DNA of 64,000 nt from Vampirovibrionales bacterium (GCA_035285025.1 JAYKHY010000064.1:5895-69894), one strand, 5' to 3'; shown: positions 26,875 through 36,582, numbered from the stretch's first letter. Made by a program: numbers and translations. The notes: a model not told the origin generated them from the sequence alone.

Positions 26875-27312
26875 TTAAGATACGCTTGCGGTTTGCTGCG
26901 CGTGAAGCTGCTGAATCAGGTGGGTTGCCAGGCGCGATTGCTCGGCTTTGAGCGCCTGCTGCGTTGATGCTTGCCAGTTGCTGAGCTCGGCCATTTTTAC
27001 CTGAAGCGCATCCTGGGCTTGTTTTCTGGCTTCGTCAAGGCGTTTTTGCGCTTCGGCTTGCGCTTTGGCACGGCTTTCGGCAATAAGTTGCTGACTGCGC
27101 TGGTGGGCTTGCGTAAGTTTTGCCTGGCATTCAGCAGCCAGTGTTTCGCTGCGGGCAAGTGCCGCAGCTTCGGCCTCGGCTGCTTGAAGCAAAGTATCAG
27201 CGCGATGCTGCTTAATCCGTTGAATGGGGTCAAACAGCATCGCCTTCAACGCCATCATAAACAGCACAAAGCTGACCATGATGATTAGAAACGTCGCGTC
27301 AAATGAGAGCAT
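26875..27312 (-). CDS. ATP synthase F0 subunit b'
   Basis: The N-terminus SFDATFLIIMVSFVLFMMALKAMLFDPI matches the cyanobacterial/plastid b' signature (FDATL...LF.P.), followed by a charged helix. Confidence 0.75.
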   Translation of the reverse strand: MLSFDATFLIIMVSFVLFMMALKAMLFDPIQRIKQHRADTLLQAAEAEAAALARSETLAAECQAKLTQAHQRSQQLIAESRAKAQAEAQKRLDEARKQAQDALQVKMAELSNWQASTQQALKAEQSRLATHLIQQLHAQQTASVS

Positions 27313-27367
27313 TGTTCAAATTTTTCAATAAAAAAAGTGTTAAGGGCGTGTTCGCTGATGCTGCGCC

Positions 27368-27604
27368 TTAGCCAAAGAAGCCGCTGTAAATCAGGTAGAA
27401 CGAAACGAAACCGAATAAACCGAGTAACTCGACAACCCCAAGGGTAATAAAGTAGTACGGGGTCAGGTTGGCTTGAATTTCGGGTTGGCGAGCCGAACTG
27501 TTAAAATAGGCACTGGTCATTAAGCAAATACCAATGGCGGGGCCAATGCTGGCAATACCTACGGCAAACGGTGCGGCGAGTTTTGCTGCGGCTAAAGCGT
27601 CCAT
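27368..27604 (-). CDS. atpE: ATP synthase F0 subunit c
   Basis: Two-helix hairpin with GIASIGPAIG, the loop ARQPE, and the conserved carboxylate in GVVELLGLFGF. Confidence 0.8.
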   Translation of the reverse strand: MDALAAAKLAAPFAVGIASIGPAIGICLMTSAYFNSSARQPEIQANLTPYYFITLGVVELLGLFGFVSFYLIYSGFFG

Positions 27605-27743
27605 AATTCGGGCAAAGTCCTAAAAAATCAAAACAAAACAGAAAAAAGGTTTAAACTAGCCTTATCAAACCCAAAAGACGCCGCGGATGCAAGTCGAGCC
27701 ATTGGCGGGTCGTGGGTCAATTTGGTGGGTTCAATATCCTAAA

Positions 27744-27780
27744 GCGAGGGTCGTTCCCTCCCTCGCGCTCCCTCCCTGAG
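27744..27780 (+). repeat. copy of the 37-38 nt GC-rich palindromic repeat (intergenic)
   Basis: The sequence is gcgagggtcgttccctccctcgcgctccctccctgag. Confidence 0.8.
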
Positions 27781-28084
27781 CCAAACTGTTCCTCAAACCA
27801 TTATTGAGTTGTGAGCGTTCGTCTGGCGTGTGTCGCCTCTCGCCGCTTGGCGCTTTGCGCTCCGTTTGGGGGCTGCGCGCTGTTGCATGCGCCTACATTT
27901 TTGCGTGCAAAATTGTCGCCTTGCAGTTTGATAAAGGGTTGATAGACATTTTTTGCTTGCATGAGTTGCTTATGGGGTTTGGTGCCCTGGGCTTGTTGGT
28001 AACTAGCTTCAATAAACATCAAAAGTGCGATGCGCCCTAATGACAAGGGCTAACGCGGGGTGATTGAGGGTGCGTGTTTATGAA

Positions 28085-28113
28085 GGGTCGAGGGAGGGTT
28101 GTCGAGGGTGGGT
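28085..28113 (-). repeat. degenerate relative of the GC-rich palindromic repeat
   Basis: gggtcgagggagggttgtcgagggtgggt. A further fragment, gggagggagcgggagggg, lies at 28361-28379. Confidence 0.4.
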
Positions 28114-28413
28114 TTTAATCCTATCAAGATAACGATTTTGAGCGGAACCGCTGCTCTGGTTATAAAAATGCTGCTCAAAACGACTCATTCAAGCGTTAAT
28201 TTGCGCTATAGTGCGTCGCTATTACCCATAATCAAGTCGCGGGTTTATCCGGGTTTAAAAATTTCCTGCGGCTGGCGGATTGGGTGTGTTTGAACGATCT
28301 TCTGAGTTATTCGGCCTGAGCTGTTCGGCTTCAGGTGTATTTGAGGGGTGTGGGTTTGATGGGAGGGAGCGGGAGGGGTAAGTTTGTTTTAAAAACAATA
28401 ATTTCAGAAACGA

Positions 28414-28436
28414 CAAAAAAGCCTCTTAAAAGGCTT
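28414..28436 (-). terminator. rho-independent terminator for ORF 28471..28821
   Basis: On the minus strand: AAGCCT, loop TTTAAG, AGGCTT, then TTTTTTG. Confidence 0.6.
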
Positions 28437-28470
28437 CAGGTATGGCTTTAACGCTAGCGTTACCTAGCGT

Positions 28471-28821
28471 TTAGCCGTCTTTCATCAAGCCGAAGGACAT
28501 TTCGATATTTTTATCGACGACCTTTTTGACAGATTCGTATTCTGTCTGAACGGCTTTATGTTGAATATCGATACGTTGTGCCATTAACTCTAGCATTTTG
28601 TCGAGTTGCTGGAACTGCTGCAGGCGCGCTTCGAACATCTGAACGTTGGCATTGCCGGGTTCGGCGCCGCCGCCTTGGAGCATTTGGAATTGGTTCATGA
28701 CTTGGGTCATGATGTTGGCTAACATCATGCGCCGCTGGTTGATCATCTGGAGCTGGAACTCCAGATCGCTCTTGCGAGCGACCAGCATATATAGTCTAGC
28801 TGAACTAGCGGCTAACCCCAT
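28471..28821 (-). CDS. hypothetical coiled-coil protein (Gln/Met-rich)
   Basis: 116-aa ORF with its own terminator. Heptad-like, Q/M/L-rich sequence. No family recognised. Confidence 0.55.
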   Translation of the reverse strand: MGLAASSARLYMLVARKSDLEFQLQMINQRRMMLANIMTQVMNQFQMLQGGGAEPGNANVQMFEARLQQFQQLDKMLELMAQRIDIQHKAVQTEYESVKKVVDKNIEMSFGLMKDG

Positions 28822-29340
28822 TGCTTTCCCCTAAGTCAATTTTAAAAAAAAGTAAAACATTGCAAACGCTAGCCATTGGCCTTGCGATGTGCTAACCCCG
28901 TAAAGAACCCCTAATATTTCCCTGTATGAGCATAAAACCCATGGCGCGTGATTTTTGTGATAGAAATGCGGCGTTATGCTACGTAATGTAAACGACTTTT
29001 AATATCTTAAAGCTTTGTTAAACTTGGCTGCTGCCCATAACCCTTTCTGTGGCTGCGTTTTGCTCGTAGCAAACTAGTTTTAAGTCTATACCGCATGCAG
29101 TGCATATAAGGTACCTTTGCGTTTGCGATCGTTTATTGGTGGGGCGTTGGTGAACGAATGAATGCCTTGTTTAACGATGCGCAACTATGTGGGAATAACG
29201 ATGCAGGGCGAGTGTTTATGATTTATGCTTAAGTGGTGTAGGCTATACAGGCAAGCGCTAGAAGTATGTAAGCGTTGCGTGAAAGTTGGGTAAATTTGCC
29301 CAATTTAATTGGCTTGTAACTAAAAGGACACCATTATTGT

Positions 29341-29769
29341 ATGGCTACGGGTGCATGGATATGGGCGACGCATATCGCCGCGGTGGCGTTTTTACTGGGT
29401 TCGCAATTGTTTATTGCGCTGGGCACCAACCCGATTCAATCTAAAGAGACGCAGTTTAAAACCCTGGGCGTTGCGTTTGGTCGGGTGATGCCGTTTACTG
29501 TGCTGGCCCTGGTTGGGTTGTTGAGTAGCGGCGTTTGGCAAATCATCCAGTTCGGCGGCATGAAGGGTCTGCCTGTGATGTTCCATATTAAGCTGACGTT
29601 TGCGCTGGTGTTTGTGGTTTTGGGGCTTGTGCAAGCCCTGATGATTTACCCTAAGTGGCAGCAACAGCCTTCGGCTGCTGCGGGGAATGCGGGGGCCATG
29701 TTCTGGTATTTAAGCATTGCGCAATCGCTGGCGGGCTTAGGGGCACTGGTGTGCCTGGCTTTGGTTTAA
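29341..29769 (+). CDS. integral membrane protein (4 predicted TM segments)
   Basis: The hydrophobicity pattern supports four TM segments. No motif recognised with confidence. Confidence 0.5.
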   Translation: MATGAWIWATHIAAVAFLLGSQLFIALGTNPIQSKETQFKTLGVAFGRVMPFTVLALVGLLSSGVWQIIQFGGMKGLPVMFHIKLTFALVFVVLGLVQALMIYPKWQQQPSAAAGNAGAMFWYLSIAQSLAGLGALVCLALV

Positions 29770-30062
29770 ATCAGGCGATTATATACTTCAGGTACTCTTT
29801 TGTCGCTTCTGTCAGCGCAAGGCGAGTTTAATCATGGACGCCGTAATGGGCCCCGCCGCTTTAGGGGAGGGTTGGAGGCGCGACAAAAGAATGGTCAAGC
29901 CGCAGCGAATCAGAAGCGACGCCGCAAGGTGCAAAGAATCGCAGGAGGCGCCAGAAGCGTTTTGCGGATGTGGTTAGAGCGCACTTAAGGCGCTTTTGGT
30001 TAAATAAAAAACTACTCCCACTCAGCCACCCCCCCCTAACTGTTTGGCCTTTAAAGCGTTAT

Positions 30063-31379
30063 TTAAAGATGTTTTAAAATATGCGCGATTTGCGTGCAGA
30101 TTGCGGCCCCGTTTTGCTCTGGGCTGTCTTGCAACTCAGCGCAGGCGCATGCAATTTCCCAAGGCGGGGTCGCGTTGGTTTTAAAGGTTATATGGCCCAT
30201 TTTTCGGCCTGGGCGTGCTTCGGGTTTACCGTAATGGTGCCAACTGGCCGCAGGCGTGCTTAAAACCGCGTGCTGCCACTGTTCAGGCCCAGCTAGGGCG
30301 GGGTTGGCTGGGGGTAAATAGGCTTCGCCCAGCAGGTTGAGCATGGCGTGCGGGCCCAATGGCAGCGGCGAAACGAGCGGCAAATTTGCAGCGGCCCTGG
30401 CCTGCAGCTCAAACTGGCTTTGCGTGCATCCCTCAATGGTCCAGTGGGCCGAATTGTGCGGCCTTGGGGCGAGCTCGTTGACCAGTAACTGCCCCCCTGC
30501 GGTCACAAAAAACTCGACACATAACACGCCTTGCAGGTCAAATGCTTTGAGCAGGGTGCCCACAATATCTTGCGCTTGCGGCGCCAATGCGGCAATGTCT
30601 GGGGCGGCAGGCCAGCAGGCCATCGCAAGAATCTGATTTGCGTGCCAGGTTTGCGTGAGCGGTAAAAACGCAACGTCTCCGGCGGCATTGCGTGCGCCCA
30701 CCATGGCGCATTCTGCTTTAAGGGGCTGCCATTGCTCTAAAATCAGTGCCGAATTGCTTGCTAGTGTTGGGCTGAGCGTATGCCAGGCGGCCTCTAGCGT
30801 TTGCACATCGTTTATTCGGGCTTGTCCTTTGCCGTCGTAGCCCATGCGCGTGGTTTTCAGGATGCTTTTGCGTTGCTGGCTAAAGCCCTGATGCAGCGCT
30901 TCAAGGGTTTCGATGGGCTCAAACGGCGTCGTGGCAATCTTCAGGTTATTCAAAAAGCGCTTTTCTTTTAAGCGGTCCTGCGTAATCTCCAAAACATGTG
31001 GCGCAGGCGTAACCGGTTTAACCGGTGTGGTTTGGCTTAAAAACGTCAGCGTCTCAACCGGAATGTTTTCAAACTCCAGCGTTACGGCGTTAACGCATTG
31101 CGCAAACCGTGTAAGCGCCTCAAAATCAAGGTAATCACCTTGAATCCATTGGCTGCATAAGCCCTCTGCCGGCTGATCCGGCTCTGGCCAAAAGCCAACC
31201 ACCGCGTATCCCAGGCGGGTTGCGGCCTGGGCAAACAGTTTACCCAATTGTCCGCCGCCCAGAAGGCCCAGTTTTGGGCGGCTCGCGCCACCCGCTGGGC
31301 AGGGCAGCTCGGCATTAACTTGCCAGGGCGCATTGCGTTGCTGCGAAGCTGATTTGCTGTGAGCCTGCGAAAAAGCCAT
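30063..31379 (-). CDS. purK: N5-carboxyaminoimidazole ribonucleotide synthase
   Basis: LGLLGGGQLGKLFAQAATRLGY, an ATP-grasp core, and a C-terminal GRKMGHITF. I chose the start at 31379 because AAGGA lies 5 nt upstream; the ORF extends to 31409. Confidence 0.9.
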   Translation of the reverse strand: MAFSQAHSKSASQQRNAPWQVNAELPCPAGGASRPKLGLLGGGQLGKLFAQAATRLGYAVVGFWPEPDQPAEGLCSQWIQGDYLDFEALTRFAQCVNAVTLEFENIPVETLTFLSQTTPVKPVTPAPHVLEITQDRLKEKRFLNNLKIATTPFEPIETLEALHQGFSQQRKSILKTTRMGYDGKGQARINDVQTLEAAWHTLSPTLASNSALILEQWQPLKAECAMVGARNAAGDVAFLPLTQTWHANQILAMACWPAAPDIAALAPQAQDIVGTLLKAFDLQGVLCVEFFVTAGGQLLVNELAPRPHNSAHWTIEGCTQSQFELQARAAANLPLVSPLPLGPHAMLNLLGEAYLPPANPALAGPEQWQHAVLSTPAASWHHYGKPEARPGRKMGHITFKTNATPPWEIACACAELQDSPEQNGAAICTQIAHILKHL

Positions 31380-31642
31380 TTGAATCCTTATAAATTTTAA
31401 AGCATGCAAGTCGCAGTGTTTTGTGATGTCTGCTGTTTGCGACAGTGTATGCGACAGTTTAAATCAATCGTGGCTTGGGTCGCTTGAGCCGCTGGCGTGA
31501 TTTGTTGCGCGAGCTTGCTGGGAGAACCCAAATATTTGGGCGGATTGACTGATTAGCGTTGTTTTAGGCATGCCGTCCTGTTTTTGCCTGATTTTAGCGT
31601 ATTGATGGCTGACATTTTGTAAAATCAGCGTACGCTAAAACC

Positions 31643-32443
31643 ATGCACCTTACAAAGTACACCCTAAAACTTGGCTTTTTGACTTTGGCATTAGGCCTTG
31701 AAGTATTGCTGAGCCAGTGTATTTCGCCCGCCATGGCTGCAGAGGCCCAAGCTTACGCGCAAATGCCTACGCAAACGGTGTTTACTCAGGCGGTCGAGGC
31801 GTATCGCGCCAAGCGATACGAGGCCGCGCTCGAAAAATTAGGCGTGTTTGAGTCGCTGGAGCCAGATAATCCCTATTTGCACTACTACCGAGCGCTTTCG
31901 CTCGATCAGTTGGGCCGTTTGCCCGAAGCGCAGGCGGCATACGAGCACGTGGTTGCTGCAACGCCTTCTGGCGCGCAAGTTTCGGAGTATGCCAAGGCGC
32001 GCGTCAAAGCGCTTCAGGCGCAAGCCGCGCTCGATAAACCGCCAGGACTTTTATCAGAGGCTACGGCCTCTTACCCTGTATCTTCTGCGCCGGCCGCGCC
32101 ATCTCAGACTGCAAGCACTGCGCCTGGGCAAGCTGGCGGGCAACAAATGGCTAATGCTACTATGCAGCCCGCGGCGCAGGCTGCGGCAACGCCCGCGATT
32201 GACCCGCAAATGCTTTTAATGATGAGCCTGATGGGCTCTGGCCAGGGCGGTATGGGTGGCATGGGCGGCGGTATGGGGTTTAATCCCGCGTTGATGGGCC
32301 TGATGGCGGGCCAAGGCGCAGGACAGCTAGGTCAGTCGGGGCAAAATTCGGGCGCAAACGCTGCGCTGATTAACTCCATGTTGATGGATCAGATGATGCA
32401 GCAGATGGATTTTGGCAGCGGTGCCTCGTCCGAAGATCGGTAG
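31643..32443 (+). CDS. secreted TPR-repeat protein with a Met/Gly/Gln-rich C-terminal tail
   Basis: Signal peptide, then TPR-like AVEAYRAKRYEAALEKL...YYRALSLDQLGRLPEAQAAYEHVV, then the tail MGSGQGGMGGMGGGMGFNPALMGLMAGQGAGQ. Confidence 0.65.
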   Translation: MHLTKYTLKLGFLTLALGLEVLLSQCISPAMAAEAQAYAQMPTQTVFTQAVEAYRAKRYEAALEKLGVFESLEPDNPYLHYYRALSLDQLGRLPEAQAAYEHVVAATPSGAQVSEYAKARVKALQAQAALDKPPGLLSEATASYPVSSAPAAPSQTASTAPGQAGGQQMANATMQPAAQAAATPAIDPQMLLMMSLMGSGQGGMGGMGGGMGFNPALMGLMAGQGAGQLGQSGQNSGANAALINSMLMDQMMQQMDFGSGASSEDR

Positions 32444-32490
32444 TTTGAGCTTACAGCAAGCCGCAGCTATAAGGTTAGTAGCACTTGAGC

Positions 32491-33150
32491 TTAAACGGCC
32501 GTTGATTTGCGCGCCTGTTGCACCAGCGCGATAAAATTGCCAAGCATCTGGTTGCCCTCGGGCGTGCCGATGCTCTCTGGATGAAACTGAACGCCAAACA
32601 TGGGTTTGGTCCGGTGTTGCATTGCCATAATAATTGCGGTTTCATCGTGCGCCGCATGCGTGGTTGCGGTAATTTCAAAATCATCGTGCGGAAACGCCGC
32701 GTTGTTGGCCACAATCAAAGAATGATACCGCATGGCCTCAAACGGGTTTGGGCAATCGTTAAACAGCGCCGATTCGGCGTCGATATGAACCGGGCTGGCT
32801 TTACCGTGGATAATTTCCGGGGCCTGCGTGACTTCTGCGCCAAAGGCGAGTCCCATGCCCTGATGCCCCAGACATACGCCCAGCAATGGACTTAATTGTT
32901 TGGACTGTTCGGGCGATGCAGCCTTATAATGCTCTAAAATAGCCGCGCACACGCCAAAATCTTCGGCAATGGCAGGGTGCCCCGGCCCCGGCGAAAGCAC
33001 AATGCCCGCCGGCTTAAGCGCTAGTACCTGTTCTAGCGTCAGCGCATCGTTGCGGTAAACCGTCACGGGCAGGTCGGTTTGCGCCTGTAGCATTTGCACC
33101 AGGTTGTACGTAAATGAGTCGTAGTTATCAATCAGTAAAATCATGTTCAA
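32491..33150 (-). CDS. trpG: anthranilate/aminodeoxychorismate synthase glutamine amidotransferase component
   Basis: MILLIDNYDSFTYNLVQ, GVCLGHQ and FGVQFHPES. A TrpG versus PabA assignment is not resolvable here. Confidence 0.9.
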   Translation of the reverse strand: MNMILLIDNYDSFTYNLVQMLQAQTDLPVTVYRNDALTLEQVLALKPAGIVLSPGPGHPAIAEDFGVCAAILEHYKAASPEQSKQLSPLLGVCLGHQGMGLAFGAEVTQAPEIIHGKASPVHIDAESALFNDCPNPFEAMRYHSLIVANNAAFPHDDFEITATTHAAHDETAIIMAMQHRTKPMFGVQFHPESIGTPEGNQMLGNFIALVQQARKSTAV

Positions 33151-33210
33151 TTCAAATCCAGAAAAGAAAAACCCGAATCAGGCGTTTTACGCAACAGGGT
33201 GTCAAGTGAA

Positions 33211-34926
33211 TTAAGCTGGCTGCATCGCCAGATTTTCGGGCGACTCCGCCAGGGCCATGGCGATTTGAACCGCTGCCAACGTGCTTTTTGCCTTGTTGCG
33301 CGTTTCGAGATATTCCTGCTCGGCAATCGAATCAAACACAATGCCTGCGCCTGCGTGCACGTGCGCCCAACCCGGCTGGAGCAGCACGGAACGAATCGCA
33401 ATGGCGCCATCCATATTGCCATCGGCACCAAAGTAGCCTACTACGCCCGAGTAAAACCCGCGGCATTCGGGTTCAAGCTGGTTAATCAGTTGCATCGCCC
33501 TGATTTTGGGCGCGCCGCTAACGGTTCCGCGCGGCAGGCACGCGCTAAATAAATCCAGTGGCGTTTTGTCGTCAGCCAATTCGCCGCTAATGTCGGTGGT
33601 CAGGTGCATCACGTGGGTGTAACGCGTTAAGGCGGCGATTTGCCCCACCTGAATGCTGCCCGGCTTGCAGCAGCGGCCTAAATCGTTGCGATCCAAATCG
33701 ACCAGCATGCGATGCTCGGCAAGCTCTTTTACGTTTGCGCAAAGTTCGTAGGCCAGCCGCGCGTCATCGGCCTGCGTTTTGCCGCGATAGCGCGTGCCGG
33801 CCAGCGCGCGTAACTTGACTTGTTGCTGTTGGCAGCTCACAAAGGTTTCGGGCGAGGCCCCTATGTAATGGTAATGATTAAACTTGAGCCAGTAGCCGTA
33901 AGGCGTAGGGCTAATGGCTTGCAGCACGCGGTAGGTTTGCAACGCTTGCGCGTCTAGCAGGGTTATTTCTGCTTGAGAGGGTTGATGGGCGGGGCTGGTT
34001 TTTAGTTCGCATTCAGCACCAGCATTATCAGCATCGCTTAGCCTAAGGCTATAGCGCTGCGCCAGCGTTTTTTGATTATTTTCCGTACTGTCAGCATCGC
34101 TAAGCCTGAGGCTATAGCGCTGCGCCAGTACGAGTTGAAACACCTGCCCTTCGGTGATCCACTGGCGGGTCTGTTCAACGGCCTCGCAAAAGGCCGCTTT
34201 ATCCATCGAAGCCTCTACCCGGTTAAAAATCCAGTCAGCATCCGAGGTTTTTTCGGCAAAGGCATCCAGCGCCAGCACTGGCAGTTGTGCCGGTTGGGCC
34301 AACGCGGCCATTAAATCGCGCCAGCGCGTATCGGCTTCGGCGTCAGGCAAATCGCAGAGCCAAAACGTGCGCCTGAGCCGGTGGTCTACAATCAAAACCT
34401 CGTGGTACTCGCCGTAAATCAGGTCGGGCACTTGCAAGGGATCGCAGGGTTTCGGCGCAATCGCGTCGGTGTACTGCGTTGCGCCGAAACCTGTTATGCC
34501 CACCCAACCACCGGTAAAGGGCAGTGTGCCCTCCCAGGGCAACGGCATGCTTTGCGCCAATAAGGCTTGCCTTGCAGCAATTTCAGCGTCTGTGAGTTTT
34601 TGCTGCGCTGCCAGCCACGCAAACGGATCGTCGCAGTTAAAATACTGCTCGTTGCCGCTTGACGTTGTGATTAGCCGGGCTTTACCGTTTTTAACTTCAA
34701 AAATTCGGCTCGGGCGTATCCCGATAAACGAGAACCGGGCCAGTCGGCTGTCGCCCTCGTTGCTATCCAGTAAAAAGGCGTGCGATTCGTTCGCGCTGAG
34801 ACGCGCAAACAACGAAACCGGGGTTTCAACGTCCGATGTCCACGAACGAACCCTCAAATGCTTTTCAGCAGGAAGCTTTTCTGGCGATGGTGTTTGACCC
34901 TTATCCATTGCATAAGCATAAGGCAA
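33211..34926 (-). CDS. trpE: anthranilate synthase component I family enzyme (TrpE/PabB)
   Basis: FLLDSNEGDSRLARFSFIG, GQVFQLVLAQRY, AGTRYRG, GSIQVG, PRGTVSGAPKIRAMQLI and YSGVVGYF. It contains an internal duplication. Confidence 0.9.
   Translation of the reverse strand: MPYAYAMDKGQTPSPEKLPAEKHLRVRSWTSDVETPVSLFARLSANESHAFLLDSNEGDSRLARFSFIGIRPSRIFEVKNGKARLITTSSGNEQYFNCDDPFAWLAAQQKLTDAEIAARQALLAQSMPLPWEGTLPFTGGWVGITGFGATQYTDAIAPKPCDPLQVPDLIYGEYHEVLIVDHRLRRTFWLCDLPDAEADTRWRDLMAALAQPAQLPVLALDAFAEKTSDADWIFNRVEASMDKAAFCEAVEQTRQWITEGQVFQLVLAQRYSLRLSDADSTENNQKTLAQRYSLRLSDADNAGAECELKTSPAHQPSQAEITLLDAQALQTYRVLQAISPTPYGYWLKFNHYHYIGASPETFVSCQQQQVKLRALAGTRYRGKTQADDARLAYELCANVKELAEHRMLVDLDRNDLGRCCKPGSIQVGQIAALTRYTHVMHLTTDISGELADDKTPLDLFSACLPRGTVSGAPKIRAMQLINQLEPECRGFYSGVVGYFGADGNMDGAIAIRSVLLQPGWAHVHAGAGIVFDSIAEQEYLETRNKAKSTLAAVQIAMALAESPENLAMQPA
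34028..34128. repeat. in-frame 63-bp (21-codon) tandem duplication inside trpE
   Basis: tcagcatcgcttagcctaaggctatagcgctgcgccag (34028-34065) is repeated as tcagcatcgctaagcctgaggctatagcgctgcgccag (34091-34128). The protein reads LAQRYSLRLSDAD...LAQRYSLRLSDAD. Confidence 0.85.
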
Positions 34927-34972
34927 AGGCAGTGCCAGAATCCAGACGCGTTACGACTACTTTAACAGCCTT

Positions 34973-35395
34973 TTAACACGCTGCTAATTCTTGCTGAACA
35001 AAGCGCACCGCATGCGTTTGCGGTAATTTGCTCAGAGCAGGTAACACGTTGCGTCCCATCCGGATAAGCACCATTGCGCTCATGCCGGCGGTTTGCATGT
35101 CGTCGCTGGTAAGCGCCTCGGCTAAAAGTGGCACGGCTGTTGGGCCAACTTTGAGCAACGCCGCCTCGGCTAATTGCAGCGTATTTTTATCCGAGCTGGG
35201 TGTCTGACGAATCAGTTGAATCAGGCTCGTGGCTAAATCGAGCAATAACGCTTGCTGAGACGCATTGGCCGGGCTTGCCGGCAGGTGGGCCGGAGCTAAC
35301 AACATGGCTTGGGCCGCGGCTTTAAGCGGTCTGGCCGCTTGGGCTAGGGCGGGCGTTAATGCAGGCGTTAATGCAGGGTTAAGCAAAGCAGTCAT
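34973..35395 (-). CDS. hypothetical protein, possibly HEAT-like repeats
   Basis: 140-aa ORF with an N-terminal PALTPALTPAL encoded by a 12-bp tandem repeat. Weak HEAT-like pattern (VPLLAEALTSDD...VLPALSKL). Confidence 0.45.
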   Translation of the reverse strand: MTALLNPALTPALTPALAQAARPLKAAAQAMLLAPAHLPASPANASQQALLLDLATSLIQLIRQTPSSDKNTLQLAEAALLKVGPTAVPLLAEALTSDDMQTAGMSAMVLIRMGRNVLPALSKLPQTHAVRFVQQELAAC

Positions 35396-35733
35396 TGGGA
35401 TAAAAACTTTAAAATTATTGCAACACTTTAACTATATCAAGCCGTTTTCGGCTTGACTAAGCCCCCGAGGTCGTTTTTTTAGCGCGTGCTTACCTGGGAT
35501 TTTTTTGCTAAAGATGTAGTTTTTTGATTTTCGGGAGTACTTAGCCGGGGATGAACGGCCAGACGTGTGTTTTGGACACAAAGCTTTTACCAGATGCTTA
35601 ATATCCACCACGGCCGGTGAGATACGAGGGCATAAAAAGCTTAACCTGTTCTGAATATGTTCTTTACATTGGTTCCGGTTTTTCATCATCAATTCAGAGG
35701 ATGCCCGGGCGGGACTAAAAGCTCATACTTTTA

Positions 35734-36582
35734 ATGGAGATTGAGTCTATGAGTAGCGTCACCGCGCCCGTTGCAGACATTCTGACCTGGTTTAACATCA
35801 GTAGCGTGCTCTCGTTTGCGCTGGTGCTGTTTCGCGTGAGTGGCCTCACGCTGGCCGGGCCGGTGTTTGGAGAATCCGGTATTCCAGCGCAGGTAAAAGT
35901 CACCATGACGCTTGGGCTAGCGGTGTTGTTTTATGCGGTTTATGCGTTTTCGCCGGCGGGGCAGTTACCCAGGGTGCCCGTCATTACGGATTTATGGGAG
36001 TTTAGCTTTGTTGCGGGGCTAGAACTTTTGGTGGGGTTGTTTGCGGGGTACATGATTAACCTGGTGTTTTACGCCGTGCGCGGCGCGGGCGAGATGATGG
36101 CGTTGCAAATGGGCCTGAACGCCAGTGCCTTGATTGACCCGCTGACGCGCCAACAGCAAACCGCGGTTACGCAGCTTTTGTTTTTAACCACGCTGATGAT
36201 TTTTCTGTCGGTCGATGGGCATCATCAGCTGCTAGGCTTGCTTGATAGCACGTTTAATACCTTGCCAATTGGGTTTGCGGTGCTTAAATCGGTTAATCCT
36301 ATCAACATAACAATGCTGAGTAAGCTTGCGATTGACTTAACCCAGGACATGCTGATTTTAGCTATTAGTCTGGCGATGCCTGCTTTTGGTGCGGTGCTGG
36401 TGGCCGAGGTAGGCATGGCGTTTGTGGCGAAGTTAATGCCGCAAATGAACGTGTTTATTGTTGGGATTCCCGTCAAACTGGTGATTGGGTTCTCGATTCT
36501 GTATTTTTCCGGGCCGTCTATCGCCGAGGCCGTGCTGCAGGGCTTTGGCCAGATGCTGCTTAATTTAGGGCGCGTGATTTGA
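35734..36582 (+). CDS. fliR: flagellar biosynthesis protein FliR
   Basis: Polytopic membrane protein with FALVLFRVSGLTLAGPVFG near the N-terminus. It lies immediately upstream of flhB. Confidence 0.85.
   Translation: MEIESMSSVTAPVADILTWFNISSVLSFALVLFRVSGLTLAGPVFGESGIPAQVKVTMTLGLAVLFYAVYAFSPAGQLPRVPVITDLWEFSFVAGLELLVGLFAGYMINLVFYAVRGAGEMMALQMGLNASALIDPLTRQQQTAVTQLLFLTTLMIFLSVDGHHQLLGLLDSTFNTLPIGFAVLKSVNPINITMLSKLAIDLTQDMLILAISLAMPAFGAVLVAEVGMAFVAKLMPQMNVFIVGIPVKLVIGFSILYFSGPSIAEAVLQGFGQMLLNLGRVI

Noticed and set aside
27605-28470. A decayed atpB (subunit a) pseudogene upstream of atpE.
   Set aside because: None of the listed frames shows hydrophobic a-subunit-like sequence or the conserved Arg-containing helix. 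I cannot run a frameshift-aware search, so this stays an open question and not a call.
29773-29850. A possible fifth copy of the 91-bp hairpin element (ggcgattatata...tcagcgcaagg...catggacgc).
   Set aside because: Only the first 9 nt and two short internal words match. The arms do not pair convincingly, so it is too degenerate to call.
35432-35692. An 86-aa very basic minus-strand ORF upstream of fliR.
   Set aside because: No motif is present, and its Lys/Arg/Ser-rich composition is typical of a chance ORF in an A/T-rich spacer. It would overlap the perfect CAAGCCG-TTTT-CGGCTTG hairpin at 35437-35454.
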